Source of the DNA: Oliverocinquevirus OLIVR5
Taxonomy: Duplodnaviria > Heunggongvirae > Uroviricota > Caudoviricetes
Virus record (IMG/VR): IMGVR_UViG_2974725113_000001
Coordinates: 87,074-151,073 of that record
DNA: 64,000 nt
Strand: one strand, 5' to 3'
The translations under genes and the position numbers were made by a program. The notes beneath the pieces were generated by a model, which saw only the letters and a list, made by a program, of their open reading frames with translations, was not told where the DNA came from and did no database searches. Shown piece after piece: positions 9,078 to 18,398 of the stretch; position 1 is the first letter of the stretch; every line of letters starts with the position of its first letter.

Positions 9078-9713
9078 TTAATCTCCAAATCTCTTTCTTG
9101 CTTCTTTCCAGATCGACTCTTGAGATTTGCCGACGAAGAGCTGTGACGGGAAAACTACCGCCTTGTCCCAATCTTGTGGTTGGATACGGACGACCTTTCC
9201 TGCCACATGACTCGGGATATAGCTCTTGATCGCGAAGCCGAGAGGCTTGTAAGCTGCGATCTCCTTCACCATCCCGTAGGTGATTTTCATTTGCGTGTCA
9301 TGACGCATAGTGTTCGAACCAACCGTCGAAATGATCTTACCGAGGATTCGAGATCGGATGACGGGGTTCAAGTAATGGAGGTTCAAAGCCAAAAGGTTTC
9401 CATTCTTCTGGACATCCAGGAAAAGGATCAGAGGGAACCGGTCGTAGTAAGGCAGAGTCTCAGCATGCTTCGGATGATAGCTGAATGTGAAAATCTGACC
9501 AGGTAGATAATCAGATGCTGTCCTCTGTCCTTTCGTCATTAACGAAATGTTGGCACGTCCTGTGTCCACGAACTTAGCACTGTTCTTCTCAGCGAAGTAC
9601 TTTACCGATTCGCGAATACGCTTGTTGATGTTTCCCTGGTTGGCCTTCTCAAGGTCTTTAGCCATTTGAGAAAATCTCTTCTGTGCTTCAGACTCTTCAT
9701 TCTTTCTGGCCAT
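9078..9713 (-). CDS. hypothetical protein (tail/baseplate cluster)
   Basis: 211-aa ORF; no motif recognised. Confidence 0.4.
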   Translation of the reverse strand: MARKNEESEAQKRFSQMAKDLEKANQGNINKRIRESVKYFAEKNSAKFVDTGRANISLMTKGQRTASDYLPGQIFTFSYHPKHAETLPYYDRFPLILFLDVQKNGNLLALNLHYLNPVIRSRILGKIISTVGSNTMRHDTQMKITYGMVKEIAAYKPLGFAIKSYIPSHVAGKVVRIQPQDWDKAVVFPSQLFVGKSQESIWKEARKRFGD

Positions 9714-9780
9714 CGAATACTCCTTTGTTTCACTCTATTTTATTCGTAAAATACGAAGATATCTATGAAAGGGCCCTCAC

Positions 9781-10215
9781 ATGATTTATCAGATGGCAGA
9801 AGGACTTCTGGAAGCCCAGAAGATCGAGTCGGAACACAACATCCGCAAGAAGAAATTTGACGAAGCTTTCTTCGAAGTCGTGACAGGAAACAAGGTGGAT
9901 GAGTCCGCTTTCCTCGGCACGCTCGAAGGCGATGGCATCGTTGCACTTATCGAAAAGAATCGCGGTCGATCTGCAGGTTCTCCTCTCCTCGATACGGAAG
10001 GTTCTCCGTTCGATAATCGAGTCATCGCTGAACCATTCACCTCAGGTTCGCTGACTGCTTTATCTCGCACAGAGAACTCGATCATCATCCATGTCTATCG
10101 TCTCGACATCCAGAAGGAAATCGTTACGGTTGTGGATTTCCAGAACTTCACGGACGCTTTGTTCTCTCTGAAGAATCCTGTAGCCACCCCTGGTCCTGTA
10201 GCTCCGAGATACTAA
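9781..10215 (+). CDS. hypothetical protein
   Basis: 144-aa ORF on the plus strand between minus-strand clusters. Confidence 0.35.
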   Translation: MIYQMAEGLLEAQKIESEHNIRKKKFDEAFFEVVTGNKVDESAFLGTLEGDGIVALIEKNRGRSAGSPLLDTEGSPFDNRVIAEPFTSGSLTALSRTENSIIIHVYRLDIQKEIVTVVDFQNFTDALFSLKNPVATPGPVAPRY

Positions 10216-10223
10216 AATCTCTG

Positions 10224-10252
10224 TTTACAACAAACTTAAACCGTGATACTAA
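10224..10252 (+). promoter_or_regulatory. early-type promoter (TTTACA-N17-TACTAA)
   Basis: TTTACA plus spacer containing ACTTAAACC; upstream of the ATG at 10286 with RBS AAAGGGA. Confidence 0.4.
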
Positions 10253-10285
10253 AAGAACAACGTCAAAGAAAAAGGGAATTTGACA

Positions 10286-10702
10286 ATGAAACTCATCCTC
10301 GAAGGCGTAGTAGACGTCTTGAAAGAAAATGCAGAAATCAAGAACGAAGCCAGCGAAACTCCTGTAGGTCCTTTCGTCAAGCCGTTCTCCGATATGGAAA
10401 AAGCCTTTAACTCTGTCGAGCGTGACGTTAAGAAGGCTCAAGACGAAACTGCTGCCAAAGTTGGAAAGGCTCTCGGCGAGAAACACACGAAAATCCAGGA
10501 TTATGGCGATCCGGTGAAATTCGGTTTCGACAATCGCGGTCGTCCTGTCATGACTGTTGCTTTCGCTATCCATTTTCCGGAAGCTGAAAATAACGAAGAG
10601 TTTTACAAGAAGCTCAAGGCAGCTGGCATCGATTATACTTTTGCAAGCGGTAAAGCCGCAGGCAAATCTGTAGTCCAGTTCGAATACAAGAAGACATTCT
10701 GA
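10286..10702 (+). CDS. hypothetical protein
   Basis: In-frame ATG with RBS; the track start at 10280 is TTG; 138 aa. Confidence 0.45.
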   Translation: MKLILEGVVDVLKENAEIKNEASETPVGPFVKPFSDMEKAFNSVERDVKKAQDETAAKVGKALGEKHTKIQDYGDPVKFGFDNRGRPVMTVAFAIHFPEAENNEEFYKKLKAAGIDYTFASGKAAGKSVVQFEYKKTF

Positions 10703-10710
10703 TCCCTCAA

Positions 10711-10736
10711 ATGGGCCATGAAATCAATCATGGCCC
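10711..10736 (+). terminator. stem-loop TGGGCCATGA-aatcaa-TCATGGCCCA
   Basis: 10-bp perfect inverted repeat just after the stop of 10286..10702. Confidence 0.45.
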
Positions 10737-10816
10737 ACTCTTTACGAAAGGAATTTAAATGAAAAAGAATCCTGTTGCGAAAGCTCTCGCATCTCCTCAT
10801 CTCCGCAAACAGATCG

Positions 10817-11125
10817 TCACTTCGAAGAAGGTTTATTCTCGGAAGAAGAAGGTTCACCTTGAGGGGGAATGCTCTTCTGAAGCTCTCGGACAGCTCGTGC
10901 ATTAGCAGCACATTCCGAAATCCGTTTGTCCATCTTCACGATGAGCTTTGCTGTCTCCTTGTCTTTCAAAGAATCCGGCTTAGGATATTCGCTCTTTTTC
11001 AACTCCGTACACGTGAGATACCGTTCAGGAATCTTCTGATGGACAGGTTGAAGGACGATTTCCTTCTGGACAGATGCACAGGAAGTCAGAGCCAGGAGAG
11101 CGATCATAAATAAGAAGGTCTTCAT
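10817..11125 (-). CDS. o-spanin (outer-membrane lipoprotein spanin subunit)
   Basis: N-terminal lipoprotein signal MKTFLFMIALLALTS-C (lipobox LTSC); Pro-rich C-terminus with additional Cys; 4-nt overlap with the upstream i-spanin gene. Confidence 0.55.
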   Translation of the reverse strand: MKTFLFMIALLALTSCASVQKEIVLQPVHQKIPERYLTCTELKKSEYPKPDSLKDKETAKLIVKMDKRISECAANARAVRELQKSIPPQGEPSSSENKPSSK

Positions 11126-11469
11126 TGTGCTTTCTCCTGGAGTTTACGAACAGTATTCTTCAAGACGTCGGACGAATCCTGATCTTCGAACTCGCTGAAC
11201 GAATCTAGGATTTCATCGACTTTCGTCTGGTCGATGGCATTCTGGATGGCCAAGTTCTTGTCGACCTCTTCCTGGGCCTCGATCCAATCGAACAGACCTT
11301 CGGCAGAATTCTTCCAAAGATCACGAGAAATCGTGAGTCCTTTCACTTCGTTCTGAAGCAGAGCGATCTCGGTCGTCTTGGAGTCGAGCGTCATTTTCGT
11401 CGCGATCCCGCCGATGACCAGGGCGGCCATGAGAATAACGACCACCCATGTAAGCAATTTCGTAGTCAT
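11122..11469 (-). CDS. i-spanin (inner-membrane spanin subunit)
   Basis: N-terminal TM helix (LTWVVVILMAALVIGGIA) followed by predicted coiled-coil; directly precedes and overlaps the lipoprotein gene. Confidence 0.55.
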   Translation of the reverse strand: MTTKLLTWVVVILMAALVIGGIATKMTLDSKTTEIALLQNEVKGLTISRDLWKNSAEGLFDWIEAQEEVDKNLAIQNAIDQTKVDEILDSFSEFEDQDSSDVLKNTVRKLQEKAQ

Positions 11470-11473
11470 GATA

Positions 11474-12097
11474 TTATACCTCGAAACCTTTCTTCGCTTC
11501 AGGCACGTCCTTGTCTTTCAGTGGGACGGCATATGTTGCAATACCGGCAGTCGAAGTCGTTGGCATATCCTCCTTGCAGAGAACATCCTCGAGGGCTTCG
11601 ATCAGCATCACGTTCGACCAGAAGTCGTCCTTCTGTGGCTGAGGAGGAAGATGAGGACGGTAGTCGATATCCTGGTATTGAAACCTCGAATATTCGGAGT
11701 CGAGAACATCCTGAAGAATCGAAGTCGACACGTCAGGCTTATAGGCCATCGTTGGATCGAAAGCGTTCTCGTCGAACTGGACGTCGGAGTCTTCGACACA
11801 CTTTTTCAAATGGATCATAAACTCGTCGTACTGCTTGTCCTCGAGATAAGTCAGAGCAACAGCCATCTGAGCCACGCCATGGTTCTTCAGAACTCGACGA
11901 ACCCAGATACAAATCTTCTCGAAAGGACCGAACGAATCCTTCTGTTGTTGGGTCATATCTCGAGTCTTTACAATCTGCTTACCGGAAGCATCGATAACAC
12001 CGAGTTTGAAGGCCTGGAGCTTGTCGATATCCTTCGTCAAAAACAGGAGGAGACGCTTGGCCGCATAAATTTTCGTGATATTTCCTACAAGACTCAT
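11474..12097 (-). CDS. hypothetical protein
   Basis: 207-aa ORF immediately upstream of the spanin pair; no lysozyme motif recognised. Confidence 0.4.
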   Translation of the reverse strand: MSLVGNITKIYAAKRLLLFLTKDIDKLQAFKLGVIDASGKQIVKTRDMTQQQKDSFGPFEKICIWVRRVLKNHGVAQMAVALTYLEDKQYDEFMIHLKKCVEDSDVQFDENAFDPTMAYKPDVSTSILQDVLDSEYSRFQYQDIDYRPHLPPQPQKDDFWSNVMLIEALEDVLCKEDMPTTSTAGIATYAVPLKDKDVPEAKKGFEV

Positions 12098-12098
12098 C

Positions 12099-12455
12099 TC
12101 AGATTCCTCTACTGTTTCGAAGGATTTCGGCCTCTAGCCTTACCCTGAATTGGACGTTGTGTGGTATTTTTTTATTTTTCTCTCGGACGGCTCTGCAGGA
12201 CCCATAAATCAAGCGATGCTCTTTTTCGAACCTCGACTCGAGCATATGGTCGATGAATTCTCGACAGAAAGTGTTCTCGATCCCGATGACGAGATTGTAA
12301 ATCACGTGAGCATCCGACGTGCCTTTGTCGAACTTTCTGAACCTGCGAAGGAGCGTGATGAAATCGGCCATGGCCTTCTCTGCGTACGCTCGAGATGTGA
12401 AATTCTGATCGAGATAATTTTCGACGTCCATTAGAAACTCTTCTTCGAATAGCAT
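12099..12455 (-). CDS. hypothetical protein
   Basis: 118-aa ORF whose stop abuts the start of 11474..12097. Confidence 0.4.
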   Translation of the reverse strand: MLFEEEFLMDVENYLDQNFTSRAYAEKAMADFITLLRRFRKFDKGTSDAHVIYNLVIGIENTFCREFIDHMLESRFEKEHRLIYGSCRAVREKNKKIPHNVQFRVRLEAEILRNSRGI

Positions 12456-12487
12456 TTTTCTATTTTACTTCTGCAGCTACCGGTGAT

Positions 12488-13576
12488 ATGCTGATATCTA
12501 TGTCAAACGAACGCGATTCCATTAACAGAATTTCTTACAAGATTGAAGGCTTCGAGTGGGTAACTTCTTCGAAAGCTATCTTCAGGTGTCCAGTGTGTGG
12601 AGACTCGAAGAAGGATCAGAATAAGAGACGAGGTTCTTTCTTCTCGAACGGTGGTCCGTTTATGTTCGGATGTTTCAACTGCGACGATGACGGAAATGGA
12701 ACAACATCGTATCGGAAGTTTCTCGAGTTCTTCGATCATTCCGAATATGAATACCTCCGTCTCGGTCGTCTTCGAGACTCACTCTCGTCATTGAACATGT
12801 CGAACAAACCTGTCGAACAGAAGAAAATCCATGACAAGGTCGGATCGATCAACTCTCTCTTTGACGAGGAGAAGCACTCGATTTTCAAAACTCTTCGAAG
12901 TCTCGACTCTCTCCACGAGTCTCATGAGGCACGAGAATATGTTCGAGGTCGTCGAATTCCTAAGAAGGATTTGTCTCGCCTCTATTACGTTCATGACTTC
13001 GCCCAATGGGCTATCGAGGTCAATCCGAACTTGATGGAGCAAGACAAGAAGTCAGGTGAAGGAATTGTCATTCCTCTCATCTCTCCTGATGGGACGGAGT
13101 TCGGATATCAGTGCCGCTTCATGCAAGGCAAGTTCCGATACATGACTCACATCATGAACCAGACGGACATCAAGTCTTTCGGGCTCGACAAGATCGACGT
13201 TGAGAAGGATATCAACGTCACCGAAGGAACATTCGACTCTTTCTATCTACCGAACGCGATCGCGTCTCTCGACGGCAGTCTCCACGGAACATGCACGAAA
13301 CTCACGGAGAGGTACGGAATTCCGAAGGAGAAGTTTATCCTGTGGTTCGACTTCGAGCCTGGGAACTCTCAAGTCATGAAGATGAAGAGGATGGCTGTCG
13401 AGGAAGGATATCGTGTTGCGTTCGTGCGGAAGCAGGATGCACCTTTTAAGGATATCAATAAGATCATTCAAGAGGCTGACGATCCGATCAAGGCGCACCG
13501 TGCTCTTCGAGAAAACGCTGTGATCCTTTCGGGAATTCACGCTCGTCTCCAATTTCAATCAACAACTTACATGTGA
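12488..13576 (+). CDS. 61: DNA primase (T4 gp61-like; zinc ribbon plus Toprim)
   Basis: N-terminal CPVCGDSKKD...CFNCDDDGNG zinc-binding motif; central Toprim-like INVTEGTFDSFYL; 362 aa. Confidence 0.55.
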   Translation: MLISMSNERDSINRISYKIEGFEWVTSSKAIFRCPVCGDSKKDQNKRRGSFFSNGGPFMFGCFNCDDDGNGTTSYRKFLEFFDHSEYEYLRLGRLRDSLSSLNMSNKPVEQKKIHDKVGSINSLFDEEKHSIFKTLRSLDSLHESHEAREYVRGRRIPKKDLSRLYYVHDFAQWAIEVNPNLMEQDKKSGEGIVIPLISPDGTEFGYQCRFMQGKFRYMTHIMNQTDIKSFGLDKIDVEKDINVTEGTFDSFYLPNAIASLDGSLHGTCTKLTERYGIPKEKFILWFDFEPGNSQVMKMKRMAVEEGYRVAFVRKQDAPFKDINKIIQEADDPIKAHRALRENAVILSGIHARLQFQSTTYM

Positions 13577-13582
13577 GGCCAA

Positions 13583-13732
13583 ATGTGGAAAGAAGTCAAA
13601 TTTGAAGACGTGAAGAATATGACTGGGAAATATGTAGAGTTCTCTAAGGACGGCGTCTCATGGTCTTACTTCCACGGAAATTCTTTCCATTTTGATCAAT
13701 TCAAATATCGCTACTTAAAGGAAATCAAATGA
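13583..13732 (+). CDS. small hypothetical protein (49 aa)
   Basis: ATG with GAGG RBS; not in the ORF track (below 60 aa). Confidence 0.2.
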   Translation: MWKEVKFEDVKNMTGKYVEFSKDGVSWSYFHGNSFHFDQFKYRYLKEIK

Positions 13733-13845
13733 TAGCAATCATACAAATACTCGAATTCCTATCGGCGTTGACGTTTTTCTTTTCTTCTTTCGTTACGATG
13801 GTAACTTTTAGGATTTATGATGACGTTAGGTCATTGGGAGAATGA
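13729..13845 (+). CDS. small hydrophobic peptide (38 aa)
   Basis: ATGA overlap with the previous small ORF; single predicted TM segment. Confidence 0.2.
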   Translation: MIAIIQILEFLSALTFFFSSFVTMVTFRIYDDVRSLGE

Positions 13846-13929
13846 CCAATTTAAAGATTTCCTTCCTCGAGGCCTTGTGGTAATGTCAATCTCAGGCCTT
13901 ATTTGGTTCATGACATATGGAGTCTATCG

Positions 13930-14241
13930 ATGAACAAACGCGAAAAAGACATGCTCCTCAGCACTCTCGTCAAATGGGAGTTCTTCACAGGAGGATCGTC
14001 ATCTGAAGCTGCAGCTCGAGCCGGATGTTTCGAAGACATCATGGAGCTATTCAAAATCTCCGAAGACGACCTCGTTTTCCACAGGACGTACGAAATCTGC
14101 ATGAACGTCGGGATCGATCCAGATGATCATGACACTTTCGATAAGCTTTATGATGCAGTGGAGGATAATTTCCGAGGTGTCCTCGACGCTTACGACGTAT
14201 CTCCTCAAAGGCTTATTGAATTTATTAACGAAAGGAATTAA
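13930..14241 (+). CDS. hypothetical protein
   Basis: In-frame ATG inside track ORF 13903..14241; acidic. Confidence 0.35.
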   Translation: MNKREKDMLLSTLVKWEFFTGGSSSEAAARAGCFEDIMELFKISEDDLVFHRTYEICMNVGIDPDDHDTFDKLYDAVEDNFRGVLDAYDVSPQRLIEFINERN

Positions 14242-14242
14242 A

Positions 14243-14521
14243 ATGGACCTCAAATCCGCACGCGATCATCTCGAATACATGATGGGAAATTTCGAGAAAT
14301 ACGCCGAGAACAATCGAGCCGTCCTCAAAGAATTGGATGGAGTTCTCGAAGCGTTCGAGAACCGAGAAGAAGGCACGAATGCGTATGTCGTTCGGATGGC
14401 GCTCGATCATAAGAACTCTCTCCGTCGGGATGAGGCAGACATAGCAGCTATCAAGACTGTTCTCGATTTCCTGAACAAATTGGACGAACCTGTGAAATTC
14501 GAGTTTACAAGCTCTATCTAA
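14243..14521 (+). CDS. hypothetical protein
   Basis: ATG preceded by AAAGGAA; in frame within track ORF 14123..14521. Confidence 0.4.
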   Translation: MDLKSARDHLEYMMGNFEKYAENNRAVLKELDGVLEAFENREEGTNAYVVRMALDHKNSLRRDEADIAAIKTVLDFLNKLDEPVKFEFTSSI

Positions 14522-14566
14522 TGTGATTTATAGAAGACCATCCTATAAATCAAGAAAGGAATTTTG

Positions 14567-14845
14567 ATGTCAAGAGGTATTTATCGTTTCTCCTGGGACT
14601 GCGGTCGTAATGGAGACATCGACGGAATTTTCTCGGCCGAGGAAAACGAAGTCAAGGAAGCTATCGGAAAGAATGTGAATTTCGGCGAGGCTCTCGGCAA
14701 GCACTCTGAAGTCTACGGAGTCATTGAAGAAGGTGAAATCGTTCTCGTCACGGACGACGTGGATGCTGTCAAGATTTTCGATACTTACGATTTCAGCAGC
14801 GGCTACAATCCTCTCTTCTATATCCGCAGCGACGAGGAAGAATAA
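14567..14845 (+). CDS. hypothetical protein
   Basis: ATG with RBS AAAGGAA; the track start is TTG at 14564. Confidence 0.4.
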   Translation: MSRGIYRFSWDCGRNGDIDGIFSAEENEVKEAIGKNVNFGEALGKHSEVYGVIEEGEIVLVTDDVDAVKIFDTYDFSSGYNPLFYIRSDEEE

Positions 14846-15291
14846 TGTCGAAGAGGGAAAACACGGAGAAACTCAACGAGACCCTCAGTTGGCTGAAGAA
14901 ACGAAGGAATATAGTCAAGGCGCTTCTTGACGGTGAGACGGTGGAGTTCTTTGATGATGAAGGGTATCACGTTTGTTTCGCAAGCATAGAGTCTGACGAA
15001 CTCATGAAGACTCTCCATCATTACCGATCTGTTTCGGTCGTTCAACCGGTCAATGCGGCCAATGACCTCATCTGGAAAGCATTGCCTGACGTTCGTTTCA
15101 TCGCGATGGATTTCAACAAGGATTGGTACGGCTACAAGAACAGCATCCATCCAGAAGATTTCGGCTGGATGTTGGACGATGTAAAAGAGCATCGTATTGT
15201 TCCAATTCCTGAAGAAATGTTTTGGCTCCTTCCCAAGTTCTCTGAAAACAAATGGAAGAAGTCTCTCCTTGTTCGTCCTTCGAATGTCTAA
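14845..15291 (+). CDS. hypothetical protein
   Basis: 148-aa ORF with ATGA overlap to the upstream gene. Confidence 0.45.
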   Translation: MSKRENTEKLNETLSWLKKRRNIVKALLDGETVEFFDDEGYHVCFASIESDELMKTLHHYRSVSVVQPVNAANDLIWKALPDVRFIAMDFNKDWYGYKNSIHPEDFGWMLDDVKEHRIVPIPEEMFWLLPKFSENKWKKSLLVRPSNV

Positions 15292-15316
15292 AATAACTCA
15301 CATCAATTCAATTCGT

Positions 15317-15345
15317 GAAAGCCCGGACTCATCCTCTGGGCTTTC
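15317..15345 (+). terminator. intrinsic terminator-like hairpin GAAAGCCC...GGGCTTTC
   Basis: 8-bp GC-rich stem followed by TTCTTGG. Confidence 0.45.
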
Positions 15346-15471
15346 TTGGTCTGTGGAAGAATCCGTTCGAAATTGTTGTTTAGAACGAACTTAGCTGTTT
15401 ACTTCCTCGGTCCTCTGGCTTAGAACCATTTAACCATCAACGCAAACCCAAAGAGGAAAAGAAAACGACTC

Positions 15472-16497
15472 ATGTCCGAAACAAACATTGTGAAAATTTT
15501 CGAACCTTGTGACGTTCGTCGTCCAAACTATTACCCGTTCGCAGAGGAACTTTCGGATAAAATCTTGAAGGGTTTCTGGAGCCATCTCCGCTTCACGTTC
15601 AAGCGCGACGTCAATGACTTCCATACGCTCTTCACTGACGAGGAACGAGACATCATCGTCCGTGACCTTTCAATGATCGGTCAGGTCGAGATCAACGTCA
15701 AGCGCTACTGGGCCAACATCGGCAATATCTTTCCTCATCCGTTTATCGAGGAAGCAGGCTTCATTTTCTCCCAGAATGAAGTCGTCCACAACCGCGCATA
15801 CGAGAAGCTTCTCCGTGTCTTGAACATGGAAGATATCTTCCAGGAAAACCTCAAGCTTCCGTTCGTTGCCGATCGCGTCAAGTACCTGAAGAAGCATACC
15901 GAGAAGACTTACGAAAACGATCGTCAGCAACAGCTTTATTCGCTGGTTCTGTTCACTCTCTTCGTCGAAAACGTTTCGCTGTTCTCGCAGTTCTACATTA
16001 TGCGATGGTTCAACCGTTGGCATCCAGAACACCAGAACAACAATCCTCTTTCGGAAACGGCTGTCCAAATCCAGTACACGCGAAACGAAGAGACTCTCCA
16101 TGCTCAGTTCGGCATCAAGCTCTTCAATACGGCTCGTGAACAATATCCTGAGCTGGTGACGGATGACTTCATCGAGAAAATTCGCAAGGAAGCCATGTCG
16201 GCTTACATCGCGGAATGTAACGTCCTCGATTGGATTTTGGATGGATACGATAAGCCGAAGCTTTCGTCTAAAATCCTCAAGTCCTTCATCCAGAAGCGCA
16301 TCGATGACTCGCTGATCCAGATCAACATCGATCCGCTTTTCACAGAGCACAAGTTCCGAGCTCTCGACTCTGAACACAAGTGGTTCTTTGACGAGGAAGT
16401 CTCCGAACTCGATGCAGATAATTTCGATGCCCACAACGACGCGTACACTCGCGACGACCGTGAATATGACATCGACACAGACATCATCTCATTCTGA
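15472..16497 (+). CDS. nrdB: ribonucleotide reductase small subunit NrdB
   Basis: Di-iron ligand pattern: E-x-x-H (NEVVHNRAY), FVENVSLFSQFY, EETLH; 341 aa; upstream RBS AAAGAGGAAAAG. Confidence 0.75.
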   Translation: MSETNIVKIFEPCDVRRPNYYPFAEELSDKILKGFWSHLRFTFKRDVNDFHTLFTDEERDIIVRDLSMIGQVEINVKRYWANIGNIFPHPFIEEAGFIFSQNEVVHNRAYEKLLRVLNMEDIFQENLKLPFVADRVKYLKKHTEKTYENDRQQQLYSLVLFTLFVENVSLFSQFYIMRWFNRWHPEHQNNNPLSETAVQIQYTRNEETLHAQFGIKLFNTAREQYPELVTDDFIEKIRKEAMSAYIAECNVLDWILDGYDKPKLSSKILKSFIQKRIDDSLIQINIDPLFTEHKFRALDSEHKWFFDEEVSELDADNFDAHNDAYTRDDREYDIDTDIISF

Positions 16498-16502
16498 AAC
16501 AA

Positions 16503-16518
16503 GGGAGCTTCGGCTCCC
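16503..16518 (+). other. C(UUCG)G tetraloop hairpin between nrdB and nrdA
   Basis: GGGAGC-TTCG-GCTCCC; no U-run follows, so more likely an RNA stability or processing element than a terminator. Confidence 0.4.
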
Positions 16519-16544
16519 ACTCTGAACATATCCCAAGGAATACA

Positions 16545-18365
16545 ATGACTGACATCAATCAACTTCTCGATCCGAATCGTCCGGATTGGGTCTGGGTCAC
16601 CGACGACACCAACCGCTTCCTCTCCGGCGGCTATCTTGAAGATGGAGAAACCGTTCAGAAGCGTTTCGAAGATATCGGCCTCATGGTAGAGGACCGCATG
16701 GGTGAACCCGGTCTTGCAGAACAATTTATCCATGCTGGTGCTCGCGGATGGTTCTCACCCTCCTCTCCTGTATGGGCCTCTGCTGCTCGGAAGACCGGTC
16801 TGCCTATTTCCTGCAACAACTCTAACTTCGGTGACTCTATCGAACAGTTCGCAGACAAGTTGGCCGAGATGATGGTCATGACCAAGCACGGTGCTGGTAC
16901 CTCGGCCTGGATTGGTGACATGCGCCAACGCGGTTCTGTGATTTCTACAGGCGGTATCGCTCTTGGTCCATCGCACTATTCTCCTATGATCGAATCGGTC
17001 GTGAAGACCACTTCGCAGAAGGGATATCGTCGAGGCTCTTGGGCTGCCTATTTCCCTGTCTTCCATCCGGATGCTCCTGAACTCATCGAACGTTTCCAGA
17101 ACGATAACGATGCTGATCTCGGCGATACACCATTCGGTGTCACGATTCCTGATTGGTGGTTCGAGCGTGTCATCTCGTACGCTCTCGAAGGCAAGAAGGA
17201 ATACGAACCTGAAGCGCGGATGTGGCTCACACTTCTGAAGAAGAAGATCGAGACCGGATATCCTTACTTCATCTATCACGACAACGCGAATAACTATTCT
17301 CCTGAGATTTTCCAGCTCCTGGGTCTGGCCATCCTCGGTTCGAACCTGTGTACGGAAATCTTCCTTCCGTCGAATGCCAAGGAATCGTTCGTGTGTAACC
17401 TTTCTTCGGAAAATCTCCTTTACTGGAGAGAGTTCCGCGATAAGGGTCTTCATACTCTAGGCATCAAGGTTCTCGACGCTGTCATGAGCGAATACATCGA
17501 GAAGACAGCTTCGATCAAGCATATGGAAGCCGCAAACCGTTTCGCCGTTCGTCATCGTGCCGTAGGTCTCGGCATTCTCGGTCTCCATTCGCTTTATCAG
17601 CGTGAAGGTCTCGCATTCGCTTCGGCTGGTGCATACGACCTGAACAAGACTATCTTCCGGGAGATGGACGCTGAAACGAAACAGGCATCTCTCGATCTGG
17701 CTGAGAAGCTTGGCCCTGCGCCGATCTTCAATGAAATCGAAGACTATGATGGTCCGAAATACCGGAACTCGACTCGTCTCGCGATTGCTCCTACGAAGTC
17801 TTCTTGCTCTATCATGGGCATCCATCTTTCGCAGGGTATTCAGCCTTTCACGAACAACGTCTCTTTGAACCGTCGTGCCAAGGGTTGGTATGAGTTTAAG
17901 AACCCGTTCCTGGAAATCGAGCTCGAGAAGGAAGGACTGAACACGGAAGAAGTATGGGACGAAATCCGTTTCGCCTCTGGTTCTGTACAGACTGTGGAAG
18001 GTCTTTCGAAGCGCGTAAAGGACATCTACAAGACCTTCCGTGAAATCGACCAGGAAGACCTTATCATCCAGGCAGCTCATCGTCAATTGTGGATTGACCA
18101 GGGCCAGTCTCTGAACACGTCCTACAACAACGACGAGAAGAACATCAAGATTTCGATGGACTATATTTACGGTTGGCGATTAGGGATCAAAAGTTCATAT
18201 TACCAGAACAGTAAAAAACTGACTCTCGACGCAAACCAGGAGTCAGCCAGAAATCTCCACGAGCTTAAGAAAGCCCGTAAAAACGGTGAAGCGAAAGACG
18301 AAAAGATTTTCGTTCAAAATGCAGCAGACGACTTCGGCGTTGACTGTATTGCTTGCTCTGCCTAA
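16545..18365 (+). CDS. nrdA: ribonucleotide reductase large subunit NrdA (no ATP-cone)
   Basis: Active-site GSNLCTEI (E. coli NrdA SNLCLEI); C-terminal redox pair CIACSA; 606 aa, short because an N-terminal ATP-cone is absent. Confidence 0.7.
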   Translation: MTDINQLLDPNRPDWVWVTDDTNRFLSGGYLEDGETVQKRFEDIGLMVEDRMGEPGLAEQFIHAGARGWFSPSSPVWASAARKTGLPISCNNSNFGDSIEQFADKLAEMMVMTKHGAGTSAWIGDMRQRGSVISTGGIALGPSHYSPMIESVVKTTSQKGYRRGSWAAYFPVFHPDAPELIERFQNDNDADLGDTPFGVTIPDWWFERVISYALEGKKEYEPEARMWLTLLKKKIETGYPYFIYHDNANNYSPEIFQLLGLAILGSNLCTEIFLPSNAKESFVCNLSSENLLYWREFRDKGLHTLGIKVLDAVMSEYIEKTASIKHMEAANRFAVRHRAVGLGILGLHSLYQREGLAFASAGAYDLNKTIFREMDAETKQASLDLAEKLGPAPIFNEIEDYDGPKYRNSTRLAIAPTKSSCSIMGIHLSQGIQPFTNNVSLNRRAKGWYEFKNPFLEIELEKEGLNTEEVWDEIRFASGSVQTVEGLSKRVKDIYKTFREIDQEDLIIQAAHRQLWIDQGQSLNTSYNNDEKNIKISMDYIYGWRLGIKSSYYQNSKKLTLDANQESARNLHELKKARKNGEAKDEKIFVQNAADDFGVDCIACSA

Positions 18366-18375
18366 TTCCCCTAAA

Positions 18376-18398
18376 GGAGCAGGATTTATTCCTGCTCC
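18376..18398. terminator. bidirectional stem-loop GGAGCAGGA-tttat-TCCTGCTCC
   Basis: 9-bp perfect stem between convergent nrdA and the homing-endonuclease gene. Confidence 0.45.

Noticed and set aside
10759-10905. 48-aa basic ORF with a strong RBS, antisense to the o-spanin 3' end
   Set aside because: Not annotated as a feature because it overlaps a plausible gene on the other strand and is below the track size cut-off. It is kept as an open question in the findings.
11378-12148. 256-aa plus-strand ORF
   Set aside because: Antisense to two well-packed minus-strand genes (11474..12097 and the i-spanin). It has no RBS and is judged spurious.
15670-16733. Minus-strand ORFs of 254 aa and 176 aa
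   Set aside because: Antisense to nrdB and nrdA, whose motif matches are unambiguous.
16545-18365. Possibility that the short NrdA reflects an intron or intein split
   Set aside because: The ORF is continuous from a good start through the active site to the C-terminal CxxC. The short length is explained by absence of the ATP-cone only.
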